Source: Candidatus Latescibacterota bacterium (GTDB lineage: Bacteria > Latescibacterota > UBA2968 > UBA8231). Taken from it: a stretch of 64,000 nt of DNA. Below are positions 19,534 through 28,988 of this stretch, piece by piece (position 1 is the first letter of the stretch; the number at the start of each line of letters is the position of its first letter). The stretch lies in NCBI GenBank assembly GCA_965248355.1, contig OZ252098.1, positions 4,256,001 through 4,320,000 of the forward strand, given 5' to 3'. A program made the position numbers and the translations under genes. The notes under the pieces were generated by a model. That model saw nothing but the letters and a program-made list of their open reading frames with translations. It had not been told where the DNA came from and searched no databases.

Positions 19534-19625
19534 AGGCTCGTGATACCCCGGCAGCTTTGGTCTGGGTCGGAGCTGCCCTGCTCGATGGGGCGTTTCCCCT
19601 GAGCCGCCCAAGTCGCCGCCCAGCT

Positions 19626-21289
19626 GTAACCGTTCAGTCCCTTGGCAGCTTGGGGCCGGGGGAGGAAGGGTCGCAGGTTGAGATTAACGAATGGCGGAGT
19701 GGGTGGGAGGCAGCAGCGAGGGCGCCGGCTGCTGAGACACGGCCGCGTCACAGGCCCTCCGGAGATAGTCGAGGACGTTGCGCTGTTGCTGGCGCAGGGT
19801 ATCCCGCACCGTGAGCAGGCGCTCTGCGAAACGGCTGCCGTCGGCACTGTGAGTGCCGAAGCTGGTGTGACGCCACAACACGCCATGACGAAGGGCTCGT
19901 TCCGCGGCGTTGTTGGTCGGCTCGACGCCTTCTCGGCGGGCGAAGGTCCACAGGGCCGGCCCGAGGTCGAGGAGGTTGGCGCAGGTGGCCGCCGTCTTGG
20001 CGTCGGCGAAGCGCTGGCCATACCACAAATGAAACCGAAAGCGCACACCCAAATCGTCGATATCGTCCTGGAAGCGGGCGCGGGACAGGGTACCGTCGCG
20101 AACTTGATGCCACCAGGTAAACATCTGGTCGCTGGCGTCCAACAGCCGTTGCCCGACCCAGGCGGCCTCTCCGCCCCGGGCCACGAACTCCTCGAAGGCG
20201 CGCCGCAGATGAGCCCAGCAGACTTGCCGGCGTCCAAGCGGCAGATGCGCGTAGGCCGAATAGCGATCGGAGCCGACCACCGCCGTGTTATCCGCACCCA
20301 GCATCTCATCGACGCCGTCGCGTCCCCGGCTGGGGCGAATGGCGAACACCGTGACGCCGGCCGTCACCGCGGTCCACAACCAAGCCTTGGCGCGGCGCTG
20401 CCGCCAGCCGGTCTCATCGACGTTGACCAAGCCCTGTCGACGAACGAAGGCGCGCGCCTCCTCGACCGGAGCCGCCAGGGCCGCGGCCATTTCCTGTTCC
20501 AGTCGGCTGACGGTGCCCAGCGACACCTTGACGCCAAAGGCGTCGGACAACAACGCCCGGATGTTGCGCTTGCTCATCCGGTAGGCCCCGGCCAGCAGGC
20601 CGACCCAGGCCTGCACGCTGGGACCGTAGGTGTGCCGCGATACGCCCTCGGGCCAACCGGCTTCGGTCAGGCGGTCGCAGTGAGCGCAGCGCAGGGTGTG
20701 CAACTGATACTCGATGACCTCGGCGCGCAGCGGCGGGAGGACGACTTCCTGGTGGCGCTGCGGATGGGGATCGTCTCCCGTCAACCGGTGCCCGCATCCG
20801 TGGCAATGGCTGGGCTTGACCGGGATCCGTTCGTCCACCTGCTCGACCGGTACCCACGAGCGGCCGTGGCCTTCGTGGCCGGGCTGGGCGCCCGGCGAGC
20901 GCCCCGAGGATCGGCGTCGGGAGGCCTCGGGGCGAGACGAGGAGGAAGCGCCCGATTCCGACGAAGCGGCGCGGGCCCCCCGGCGGGAGCGCCCCTTGCG
21001 GCGGGCCAACTCCTGCTCCAGGGACGCGATCCGGGCGGCCTGCTGCTCCATGACCTGCTCAAGTTGCCCAACCCGTTCCGACAAACTGACCACCAGTACT
21101 TGCACCGCCGTCGGTGTGCGCTGCCAGTCGCGGTCGGAAATCGGAATCTGAGGGGGTCTGTTCATGGGGGTCGCCCGGATCCAGGAACATCGGCACTGCA
21201 CAACCACTCCCGAAGATACCGACGTACCCGAAAACTCGCTCGGTATTTCTCTCCATGCGCAATCTACTGCAGGGGGACTGAACGGTTAC
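19626..21289 (-). mobile_element. IS66-family insertion sequence (single-ORF type)
   Basis: Terminal IRs GTAACCGTTCAGTCCC (19626-19641) and its reverse complement ending at 21289; GTAA ends are typical of IS66; no flanking TSD. Confidence 0.9.
19684..21165 (-). CDS. IS66 transposase
   Basis: PGAQPGHEG, CxxC zinc ribbons, DETGW, SDRYSAY, CWAHLRR, EPTNNAAERALR. Confidence 0.95.
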   Translation of the reverse strand: MNRPPQIPISDRDWQRTPTAVQVLVVSLSERVGQLEQVMEQQAARIASLEQELARRKGRSRRGARAASSESGASSSSRPEASRRRSSGRSPGAQPGHEGHGRSWVPVEQVDERIPVKPSHCHGCGHRLTGDDPHPQRHQEVVLPPLRAEVIEYQLHTLRCAHCDRLTEAGWPEGVSRHTYGPSVQAWVGLLAGAYRMSKRNIRALLSDAFGVKVSLGTVSRLEQEMAAALAAPVEEARAFVRRQGLVNVDETGWRQRRAKAWLWTAVTAGVTVFAIRPSRGRDGVDEMLGADNTAVVGSDRYSAYAHLPLGRRQVCWAHLRRAFEEFVARGGEAAWVGQRLLDASDQMFTWWHQVRDGTLSRARFQDDIDDLGVRFRFHLWYGQRFADAKTAATCANLLDLGPALWTFARREGVEPTNNAAERALRHGVLWRHTSFGTHSADGSRFAERLLTVRDTLRQQQRNVLDYLRRACDAAVSQQPAPSLLPPTHSAIR

Positions 21290-21365
21290 AGCCTCTACAC
21301 CGGGCGCTGCTTCTCCAGTCTCCGCCAGACCGACATCGAACACATGGTGGCCAAGTCCGAGGGAA
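21290..21365 (+). pseudogene. Short remnant of a DUF1524/HNH-type nuclease gene next to the IS66 end
   Basis: Reads SLYTGRCFSSLRQTDIEHMVAKSE, resembling the DIEH.V..SE His-Me finger motif; recalled from memory, not searched. Confidence 0.45.
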
Positions 21366-21496
21366 CGCCGGACGCACCCGGGTCGGCCGGCATCCCAGCT
21401 ACGCCAAGCGGGTTCGGGCGTTGTCGATAGGACGCACGCTCAACCCATTCTTTCGGGATCGCATGCATCTGCTTGCTTTCTTCCTGGCGCTCCGGG

Positions 21497-22669
21497 CTAG
21501 AAATAGGTTGCAACACTGAAGAGGAAAGCGGCCCCCTTTGCTTCGTTGTTGAAGGGGTCCCGTTCCCAGTTTCGTTGATAGTCGAGTTTGAAGACCGTGT
21601 CTTCCCCGGGCCGGAAGTTGAGGCCCAGGGTCAGGCGGCGATGGCTGTCGCCCACGGCGCCGGCATCGAAGTCCACCGCACCCATGCGTACCACTCCGGT
21701 GAACACCGACTTCGGCAGCGCCGCCACCCGGCCTTGACCGAAGTGGGCATTGACCTGGGCGTAGAAGCCCTGCTGGCTTGCCTGGAAGATCCCACTCTCG
21801 GGAGGCACCTCAATCGAGGCCCTGGCGTACTCGCCGACCCACTCGAAGGACCTCCAGGCCAGGTCCCAGTCCAGGGCCAGGATCGTCAGATGGCGCTTTT
21901 CGTCAATGGCCAGGCCCTCGGCCTCCCAGGTGTTGTAGGGACCGGTGTGGAACGATCCTCCCAGCTCCCAGGCCGGCTGCGGACTGATCGCCACCCGCCC
22001 TACCCAGGAGGGGTGGTTGTTGTTGTCCTCGAAGTTTCCCTTGCCGGCCGCCATCCGGGTGCCGCCTGGGTCGCTCAGAAGTACGCCCTCTGAGAACCCG
22101 TTGACGGCGTAGATCTCGTAGGTGATGCGGGAGGCGGCGGTGGGGTGAAAAGCCCCCAGAAAGCCCATGCCCGCTTCGGACAGGGCCGTGGGTATGAGCT
22201 GGGTGCTGACCAGAGGACGGTCGGTCAGATCGTTGGTTGGACTGTCGTGAGAGAGATTGAAGCGGCCCAGGGGAGAGAGGATGATGCCCCCCCGAAAGGC
22301 GAGGGCGGGATGGATCTCGAAATCGATGACGGCCATCTCGATCTTGATCTCCTCTCCCCCTTCCTCGAACTCCATTTCGGAGGCCACGCGCACGCGGTCC
22401 GACACCGGGGTATAGGTGAAGAGGTTGAACCGCTTGGGAACAAAGGTCAGCTCCTCGGTGACTCCTTCCTCCCGCTCCAAGCGGAAGTGCGCCTCGGCAT
22501 AGCCGCCGATTCGGGTTCCACCGGCCCTGGCGATGAAGGGCTTGTCGTCAATGCCTCCTTCGACCAGGGGCCGGGAATCGGAGGCCACGGCTGCGACACC
22601 TGTGGCGAGGCCTCCCGCATAACCCAGGACCAGACTCAGTGCGGCATTCCGCAGCCAGCCTGTCATCAT
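21497..22669 (-). CDS. Putative outer-membrane beta-barrel (OprO/P-like porin)
   Basis: Signal peptide, IGGYAEAHF, EMEFEEG, alternating beta pattern, terminal aromatic ATYF. Confidence 0.7.
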   Translation of the reverse strand: MMTGWLRNAALSLVLGYAGGLATGVAAVASDSRPLVEGGIDDKPFIARAGGTRIGGYAEAHFRLEREEGVTEELTFVPKRFNLFTYTPVSDRVRVASEMEFEEGGEEIKIEMAVIDFEIHPALAFRGGIILSPLGRFNLSHDSPTNDLTDRPLVSTQLIPTALSEAGMGFLGAFHPTAASRITYEIYAVNGFSEGVLLSDPGGTRMAAGKGNFEDNNNHPSWVGRVAISPQPAWELGGSFHTGPYNTWEAEGLAIDEKRHLTILALDWDLAWRSFEWVGEYARASIEVPPESGIFQASQQGFYAQVNAHFGQGRVAALPKSVFTGVVRMGAVDFDAGAVGDSHRRLTLGLNFRPGEDTVFKLDYQRNWERDPFNNEAKGAAFLFSVATYF

Positions 22670-22677
22670 GCCTCCAC

Positions 22678-23121
22678 TCATTCAACCACTATTTCCATGT
22701 GGTTCTCCGTCACTTCCAGCGCGTATCTGGACAGCGGCTTTCCGGCCGGCCCCCGAATCACCGTCCCCTCCAGGTCGAAGATCGATCCGTGACAGGGGCA
22801 TCTCAGGACGTGCTTTCCTGGCCGCACCTGGCAGCCCAGATGCGTGCACCGGGCCCCCAGCGCCCGGTAGGCACCCTTCTCCGTGCGGATCAGAAGAAGG
22901 GCCTCTGGAAGGCCCTCGCCCGTCACCAGGACGACCGGGCCGTCTCGGAGCTTTTCTTCCAGTTCCTTGTGCGGCAATACGATACGCCCCTCGATACGCC
23001 GCCCCCGAAGGGGGGTCGCCGCGGCGCAGGCGGACAGCCCACAGGCCACAAACCCGGTTCCTGCGGCCAGCTGCACCAGAAACCGCCGCCGCGGCAGGTC
23101 GTTTGGATCCGGCTCCCGCAT
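22678..23121 (-). CDS. Tat-exported Rieske 2Fe-2S (lipo)protein
   Basis: RRRFL twin-Arg signal, LSAC lipobox-like, CTHLGC and CPCHGS boxes. Confidence 0.9.
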   Translation of the reverse strand: MREPDPNDLPRRRFLVQLAAGTGFVACGLSACAAATPLRGRRIEGRIVLPHKELEEKLRDGPVVLVTGEGLPEALLLIRTEKGAYRALGARCTHLGCQVRPGKHVLRCPCHGSIFDLEGTVIRGPAGKPLSRYALEVTENHMEIVVE

Positions 23122-23123
23122 GG

Positions 23124-24350
23124 CTATAACGACTTGAGAAACGCCAGCAGGGCGCCCCGATCCTCCGTGCTCAGGCTGGCGAACCGGTCGCGGGCGGCGG
23201 CGCCCTCGCCGCCGTGGAAGAGAACGGCCTCGGCCAGATCCGAGGTGCGGCCATCGTGCAGGTAGAAGGCCTGGCCGTTGAGAAACCCCTCCGCCAGGCG
23301 CAGACCCCACAAAGGCGTCGTGCGCCATTCCCGGCCGGTGGCGTCCCCATCCGGACGATGATCCGCCAATTCGGATCCCATGTCGTGAAGCAGCAGATCG
23401 GAATAGAGGTGGACCTCGACCGCCCTCAACTGCGGGATGGGACTGGGGCCGGTCCTCAGGGTGGGGACGTGGCAGGAGGCGCAGCCGATCTCCGCGAACA
23501 GGGTCTGGCCGCGCTCGACCTGGGCGGTGATGGGGCCGCGCTCCGGCGGCCTGAGCTGACGGACGTACATGACCGTCTGCAACACGGTGGCGGCCGGGAT
23601 CTCCGGATCGGCCACATCGTCGCCGATGGCCACCCCTCCGGCCTGGGGATGGGGGTTTTCCACCGGCAGGAAGTCGCTGGTGATCCCGATATCCTGGTGG
23701 TAGGCCTCGGCGACCTGCTGAAGGAGCGAGGAGACCTGGGCCTTGCGGGAGAAGCGCCCCAGCTGAGGCCCGGGCCCGCCGCTCACGTGGGAGTCGGGCA
23801 CAAAACCCGGGACCGACACCATATTGGGGCGGCCGGATATGCCGTCTCCATCGCCATCGTCCGGATCGGCACGGGACAGGATGGCCTCGACCGGGATGGC
23901 CTCGATCAGCCCCATGCCGAATACGGGCGGCGGCATCCTGAAGGTCCGCTCCACCCCGGCCGGCACCTCTTCGCGGGGGACCCCGGGAATGGCCTTGTCC
24001 TGGTGTTGCGGTCCTCCCAGGTCCAGGGCCGGATCGCCCCCTCGGCTGAAGCGGACAAAGCCCAGCTCCGGCGTCCCTCGTCCATCGGCGGGGTGGCAGC
24101 CCTCGCAACCGACGTTGTTGAAGATGGGTCCGAGCCCTTCTCCCACCGTGAAGGCGCGCTCGAAATTCTCGTCGCCCTGGGCAAACACGGCGTTCAGGTC
24201 GTGCGACATGCCCTCCAGAGGCGACTCGAAATCATCTCCTGCAGACGGCCTTTCGGTCAGAATCCGGTCGCAGCCCATCGCTCCCAGGAGGCCGATCAGA
24301 CTCCACCAGGACAGGATGCGCGACAGCACTGATTTCCGGTATTTAGGCAT
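23124..24350 (-). CDS. Di-haem oxidoreductase (DUF1111/DHOR) lipoprotein
   Basis: Lipobox-like LGAMGC; CEGCH and CASCH; GLGPIFN, DGISGRPN, YSDLLLHDMG, WRTTPLWG, YLHDGR, HGGEG. Confidence 0.9.
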   Translation of the reverse strand: MPKYRKSVLSRILSWWSLIGLLGAMGCDRILTERPSAGDDFESPLEGMSHDLNAVFAQGDENFERAFTVGEGLGPIFNNVGCEGCHPADGRGTPELGFVRFSRGGDPALDLGGPQHQDKAIPGVPREEVPAGVERTFRMPPPVFGMGLIEAIPVEAILSRADPDDGDGDGISGRPNMVSVPGFVPDSHVSGGPGPQLGRFSRKAQVSSLLQQVAEAYHQDIGITSDFLPVENPHPQAGGVAIGDDVADPEIPAATVLQTVMYVRQLRPPERGPITAQVERGQTLFAEIGCASCHVPTLRTGPSPIPQLRAVEVHLYSDLLLHDMGSELADHRPDGDATGREWRTTPLWGLRLAEGFLNGQAFYLHDGRTSDLAEAVLFHGGEGAAARDRFASLSTEDRGALLAFLKSL

Positions 24351-24391
24351 GACTAAAGACAGAAATTAGTCCAGGCTAATTTATAATGCAA
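24342..24391 (-). promoter_or_regulatory. Sigma70-like promoter overlapped by two TTAG-N6-CTAA palindromes (putative DtxR/MntR-family operators)
   Basis: TTTAG-GCATGA-CTAAA (24342-24357) and AAATTAG-TCCAGG-CTAATTT (24363-24382). On the minus strand: TTGCAT (24391-24386), 17 bp, TAATTT (24368-24363). Confidence 0.7.
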
Positions 24392-24631
24392 CCCCTAACT
24401 AATATGACGGCGGCCCCTGCGAAACACCCCCTGGAGATGGATAGGCAGGGAGGCCTGAATCAGGCGATGCGGCCTGTGGCGATCCGCTTCAGCACGGACT
24501 TGGCGCAGGCCTTCGCCGACGGGTATTCTTCGGTCTCGACCACGGCTCCACGCATGCGGCGGTCCGGCGGCGGCTACGCGCCTGATCGGCGGCGGGTCCC
24601 TCCAGGCGCCGGCGGTCCACCGCGGGGGACG

Positions 24632-25552
24632 CTACGGCGCCACTGCGGGCCCCGGTCCGCGGTCCGTCAGCATCGCCGCGCCGAAGACGCCGGCGGAGTC
24701 CCCCAACTCGTTGCGGACCACCCGCGTGTCCAGGCGGTCGTTGAAGACCCAGCGGGACATCTCCTCGACGCCGCGGCCGTAGAGGGCGTCGACGTTGCTG
24801 ACCCCGCCGCCGAGGACGATCACGTGGGGGTCGAGGATGTTGACCACGGAGGCCAGGGCGCGCCCGAAGCCCTCCGCGAGCCGCTCGACGGCGGCAACCG
24901 CCGCCTCGTCCGTCCCCGACTCCGCGCGGGCGGCGATCTCGGGCAGCTCTCTCCGGGTGCCGCTGCGTTCCTCGTAGAACCTCTCCAGGCTGGGGCCGGA
25001 CAGCACCGTCTCGACGCATCCCCGGCGCCCGCAGTAGCACGGATCCCCCCCGGGGTCGAGGACGTTGTGCCCCCACTCGCCGGCGATCCCCTGGCCGCCG
25101 GGCAGCACCCGGCCGTCGACGACGACGCCCCCGCCGACCCCGGTGCCGAGGATGACCCCGAAGAGGGTGCCGGCCCCGCGTCCGGCCCCGAGGCGGGCCT
25201 CGGCGAGGGCGAAGCAGTTGGCGTCGTTGGCCATCTCCACCTCGCAGCCGAGATCGGCGGCCAGGTCGTCGAGCAGGGGGCGGCCGTTCAGGCAGGTGGC
25301 GTTGGAGTTCTTCAGCGTCCGCGAACGGGGGTCCAGCACGCCGGGCGTGCCGATGCCCAGGACCTCGGGCCGGTGCCCGGCCTCGGCGGCCAGCCCCTCC
25401 ACCAGCTCGGCGACCCTCCGGCGCACCTGGTCGTAGCCGAGGTGGCTGTCGGTGGGCACCCGCAGGCGGCACAAGGGCTGCAGGGAATCGGCGGCGGGCA
25501 GCACGACGCCCTCGATCTTGGTGCCCCCCAGGTCGATCCCCCAGAGGCTCAC
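24632..25552 (-). CDS. ROK-family sugar kinase (fructokinase-like)
   Basis: GIDLGGTKIE, NDANCFALAE, GTGVGGG, GEWGH, CYCGRRGCVE. Confidence 0.9.
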   Translation of the reverse strand: MSLWGIDLGGTKIEGVVLPAADSLQPLCRLRVPTDSHLGYDQVRRRVAELVEGLAAEAGHRPEVLGIGTPGVLDPRSRTLKNSNATCLNGRPLLDDLAADLGCEVEMANDANCFALAEARLGAGRGAGTLFGVILGTGVGGGVVVDGRVLPGGQGIAGEWGHNVLDPGGDPCYCGRRGCVETVLSGPSLERFYEERSGTRRELPEIAARAESGTDEAAVAAVERLAEGFGRALASVVNILDPHVIVLGGGVSNVDALYGRGVEEMSRWVFNDRLDTRVVRNELGDSAGVFGAAMLTDRGPGPAVAP

Positions 25553-26976
25553 GAGGCCGCCTCCGCCGCGGGCGAGGCCTTCGCCGGGCTCTCCTCGATG
25601 ACGCGCATCGACTTCCAGGGGCCGATCCGGAAGCGCCGGTAGAACACGGCCGCCGCCACCGCCAGGTAGACGACGATGAAGACCCACACGGTGAAGAGGC
25701 CGGCGTCGAACCACTCCACGGCGATCAGCGGCGGCGCCACCATGAGCGACAGCCCGAGCAGGACCGAGGCGTACATGATGTAGCGCGTGTCGCCGGCCCC
25801 CTTGAGAGCGGCGGTGAACATCATGTAGGCGGCGTCCAGGAGGCAGTAGAGGCCGACGATCCGGAGCAGGGAGCGGGCCAACTCCCGGGCGGCGGCGAAA
25901 TCCTCGCCCGAGGCGCCCGCCCCGTACGGCGCCAGGAACAGGTCGGGCACCAGGATGTAGGAGGCGGACATCACCCCCGCGTAGGCGAGGGCCAGGTGGA
26001 CGCCGCTCCAGGTGCAGTACTCGGCCTCGGCGGGAGCGTCGGCGCCGAGGCGCTGACCGACCATGGTGGACAGACCGATGCCGGCGCCGATGAGGGGCAT
26101 GAAGGCGAGGCTGTTGATGTTGAAGGCGAGGTTGCTCGCCGTCAGCTCCAGGGTGCCCACCCGTCCGACGATGAGGACGAAGAAGGTGAAGGAGAAGATG
26201 TCGAGCATGAAGTTGACGCCGTTGGCGCCGCCGAAGCGGAGGAGCCGTCCGAAGAGGGCGGGGTCCAGGCGCCAGGCGGCGTAGGTGGCGAACCGCCGGC
26301 GGTGGGAGGGACGCGCCAGCAGCAGGAGGTAGAGGCCGGCGGCGAACGTGGCCGCGATGTTGGTCGCCCAGGCGGCGCCCTGCAGGCCCATCGCGGGCAG
26401 GCCCCAGTGGCCGAAGATCAGCCCGTAGTCGAGGACGATGTTGACGCCGGTGGCGGCGGCGTTGACGCCGAGGACGGACCAGGTCCGGCCGCGGCCGCTG
26501 TAGAAGCAGGAGAGGGACGTGGACAGGATCAGGGGGCCCACGCCGTAGCAGAGGATCCGGAAGTAGACGACCTCGTTGGCGCGGATGCGCTCCTCGTGGC
26601 CCACGAGGTCGAAGATCGGAACCGCCAGCAGGGCCACCAGCAGTCCGGCGGCGGCGCTCATGATCGCCACGTAGCCGCCCTGCCACAGGGCGGCGCCCAC
26701 CCGCTCCGGGCGGCCGGCGCCGACGTACTGGGCGACGAAGGTGTTCACGTACCCCGCGATGCCCAGGAAGAAGCTGACGAAGACGAAGCTCGTCAGCCCC
26801 GCCGGCAGCGACGCGGCCAGGGCGTCGGTGGAGTGCCAGGTGAGGAAGACGCGGTCGACGAAGTGCTGGATGCTCCAGCTCGCCGTGCTGAGGATCAGGG
26901 GGAAGGCGATCCGCAGGAACTCGCGGTAGCCGCCGGGGGCGGACCAGCGCGAGCGCAGGGGCGCGAGGATCTTCAA
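25549..26976 (-). CDS. MATE-family efflux transporter
   Basis: About 12 TM segments; VAQYVGA, NIVLDYGLIFGHWGLPAMGLQGAAWAT, LKGAGDT. Confidence 0.9.
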   Translation of the reverse strand: MKILAPLRSRWSAPGGYREFLRIAFPLILSTASWSIQHFVDRVFLTWHSTDALAASLPAGLTSFVFVSFFLGIAGYVNTFVAQYVGAGRPERVGAALWQGGYVAIMSAAAGLLVALLAVPIFDLVGHEERIRANEVVYFRILCYGVGPLILSTSLSCFYSGRGRTWSVLGVNAAATGVNIVLDYGLIFGHWGLPAMGLQGAAWATNIAATFAAGLYLLLLARPSHRRRFATYAAWRLDPALFGRLLRFGGANGVNFMLDIFSFTFFVLIVGRVGTLELTASNLAFNINSLAFMPLIGAGIGLSTMVGQRLGADAPAEAEYCTWSGVHLALAYAGVMSASYILVPDLFLAPYGAGASGEDFAAARELARSLLRIVGLYCLLDAAYMMFTAALKGAGDTRYIMYASVLLGLSLMVAPPLIAVEWFDAGLFTVWVFIVVYLAVAAAVFYRRFRIGPWKSMRVIEESPAKASPAAEAAS

Positions 26977-27074
26977 GGAGCGCCGCCGGTTGCCGCCATC
27001 TGTCGAATCCCTAGCTTTCGCACCTCACCCCCCCCCTTGCACAGAAGCACCTGAATCTCTCTCCCCGTCGAGAC

Positions 27075-27722
27075 ATGGGCAAGAACAAGGACAGGTCCGG
27101 CAAGTCGGAGCAGCGCACCGCCTACGGCGTGACCATCCTCAAGGCCAGCCACCCCCGGGTGCGGGCCCTGAAGAAGGACCACGAACCGGAGATCCACGGC
27201 GACCGGTTCTGGAACAGCAGCTACCTGATCATGGACTTCCTCGAGCGCCAGGGGCTGCCCGCCGGCTCCCGGGTGATGGAGGTCGGCTGCGGCTGGGGGC
27301 TGCTCGGCATCTACTGCGCCAGCAAGCACGGCGCCGAGGTCGTCGGCGTCGACGCCGACGCCAAGGTCTTCCCCTACCTGCACCTGCACGCCGAGGTCAA
27401 CGGCGTGGCCCTGCAGACACGCCGTTCCCGCTTCGAGAAGCTCACCAAGTCCCAGCTGGCCGGCACCCGGGTGGTGCTGGGCGCCGACATCTGCTTCTGG
27501 GACGAGATGATCGACCCTCTGTACCGGATGATCCGCAAGGCGTCGCGCGCCGGCGTCGAGCAGATCGTCCTCGCCGATCCCGGCCGGCCCCCCTTCGACG
27601 AGTTGTGCGAGCGGGCCAAGAAGGACCTGGGGGGCGAGGTGAAGGAGTGGGAGGTCAGCCGGCCGGTGAAGACCCACGGCTGGCTGCTGATCGTGGGCAG
27701 CCTGCCCACCGCCTCGGGCTGA
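27075..27722 (+). CDS. Class I SAM-dependent methyltransferase (Methyltransf_16-like)
   Basis: FWNSS, MEVGCGWG, GADICF, ADPGR. Confidence 0.85.
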   Translation: MGKNKDRSGKSEQRTAYGVTILKASHPRVRALKKDHEPEIHGDRFWNSSYLIMDFLERQGLPAGSRVMEVGCGWGLLGIYCASKHGAEVVGVDADAKVFPYLHLHAEVNGVALQTRRSRFEKLTKSQLAGTRVVLGADICFWDEMIDPLYRMIRKASRAGVEQIVLADPGRPPFDELCERAKKDLGGEVKEWEVSRPVKTHGWLLIVGSLPTASG

Positions 27723-27759
27723 CCCGCGCGGCAGGCCGAACCCGCGGGCCCCGGACCGT

Positions 27760-28734
27760 TCAGAACCAGTTCTTCTTGTCCACCACGTTGACGAGGTCGT
27801 CGCCGTCGCGCAGCCGCCGGCCGTTCTCGATCAGCAGCTGCAGGCGCCGCTCCTCCAGGTAGGGCCCGGCCCCGGCCACGTGGGGCGTCATCAGGAAGTT
27901 CGGCGCCTTCCACAGGCGGTGATTCTCCGGCAGCGGCTCGATCTCGAAGACATCCAGGGCGGCGCCGCCGATGGTGCCTGCGTACAGGGCGTCGGCCAGG
28001 TCCTCCAGGACCACGTTCACGCCCCGGCCGATGTTGATGAGCACGCCGGTGCGCTTCATCCGCGCCAGCCGCTCCGCGTTCATCAGGCCCTCCATGGCCG
28101 GCGTCTGGGGCGCCGTCATGATGACGAAGTCGCCGCGGCCGATGTGCTCGTCCAGGGTCTCGGGCCGGTGCAGCTCGGCAACCCCCTCGGGGGGCTCGGG
28201 CACGCGCGGGTCGATGGCGATCACGCGCACGCCGAAGTGGGCCAGGAGGCGCGCCGTCTCGCCGCCGATGCCCCCGGCGCCGATGAGGACCGCCGCGGCC
28301 TCGGGCAGGTGCAGGGTGGCGGCGGACTCCCCGCCCGGCTCCCAGACCCCCTCGAGCTGCCGGGGCAGGTAGCGGTGCAGGCCCCGGGCGAAGGCCAGGA
28401 CGAAGGCCATGATGTGGGCCGCGATGTGGTCGGAGTAGATGCCGCGCTGGTTGGTGACCGTCACGTCGCTGTCGACCAGCTCCGGGAAGTAGAACCCCGG
28501 GCCCGGCCCCGCCGCCGGCGCGCACAGCCAGGTCAGCTCCCGGGCGGCGGCCAGCAGCTCCGCATCGAGGGTGCCGAAGGCGCCGCGTACCTCGCCGATC
28601 CGCTGCAGCGCCTCCTCTCTCGAGGCGGGCAGAAGGATCTCGAGCTCCGGCACCTGCTCGCGCAGGGCCTCCGCCCAGTGGCGCAGACGGTCGTTCACGG
28701 GCGGCAGGAACATGAACTTGTAGTGGCGTGGCAT
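27760..28734 (-). CDS. D-2-hydroxyacid dehydrogenase
   Basis: GAGGIG, INIGRG, GAALDVFEIEPLP, TPHVAG. Confidence 0.9.
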   Translation of the reverse strand: MPRHYKFMFLPPVNDRLRHWAEALREQVPELEILLPASREEALQRIGEVRGAFGTLDAELLAAARELTWLCAPAAGPGPGFYFPELVDSDVTVTNQRGIYSDHIAAHIMAFVLAFARGLHRYLPRQLEGVWEPGGESAATLHLPEAAAVLIGAGGIGGETARLLAHFGVRVIAIDPRVPEPPEGVAELHRPETLDEHIGRGDFVIMTAPQTPAMEGLMNAERLARMKRTGVLINIGRGVNVVLEDLADALYAGTIGGAALDVFEIEPLPENHRLWKAPNFLMTPHVAGAGPYLEERRLQLLIENGRRLRDGDDLVNVVDKKNWF

Positions 28735-28744
28735 GGATCGCTCG

Positions 28745-28943
28745 TCAGGATTTGGACCGGTGCGCTGCCTTCAGGACGCCCCAGGAGGCCGGCGCCACAT
28801 GCGTCCCTGCGTCAGCCGGATCGTAGTTGCTGGTGCCTTCCCGGGCGGGGTTGGCGCCGTGGAAGAAGCTGGTGCGCCCCGGGGAACAGGCCCCCGGCCG
28901 CCAGGGCCAGGGCCAGCGAGAGAGTCAGTGAAGCACGGGTCAT
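28745..28943 (-). pseudogene. Remnant of an exported protein: signal peptide joined out of frame to a C-terminal SWGxLK tail
   Basis: ATG 28943 gives MTRASLTLSLALALAAGGLFPGA; after a +1 shift it reads TSFFHGANPAREGTSNYDPADAGTHVAPASWGVLKAAHRSKS-stop (TGA 28747-28745). Confidence 0.6.
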
Positions 28944-28988
28944 GGGTCGATCAATATCCCCGAAGGGGCCGAAACCCGCAATCTCTTC

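Noticed and set aside
22470..24350. Rieske plus haem protein as a cytochrome bc1 complex
   Set aside because: No cytochrome b gene; the haem protein is DUF1111-type, not cytochrome c1.
24460..24555. 31-codon minus-strand ORF (MRGAVVETEEY...)
   Set aside because: Too short, no clear RBS or motif; may be a gene remnant.
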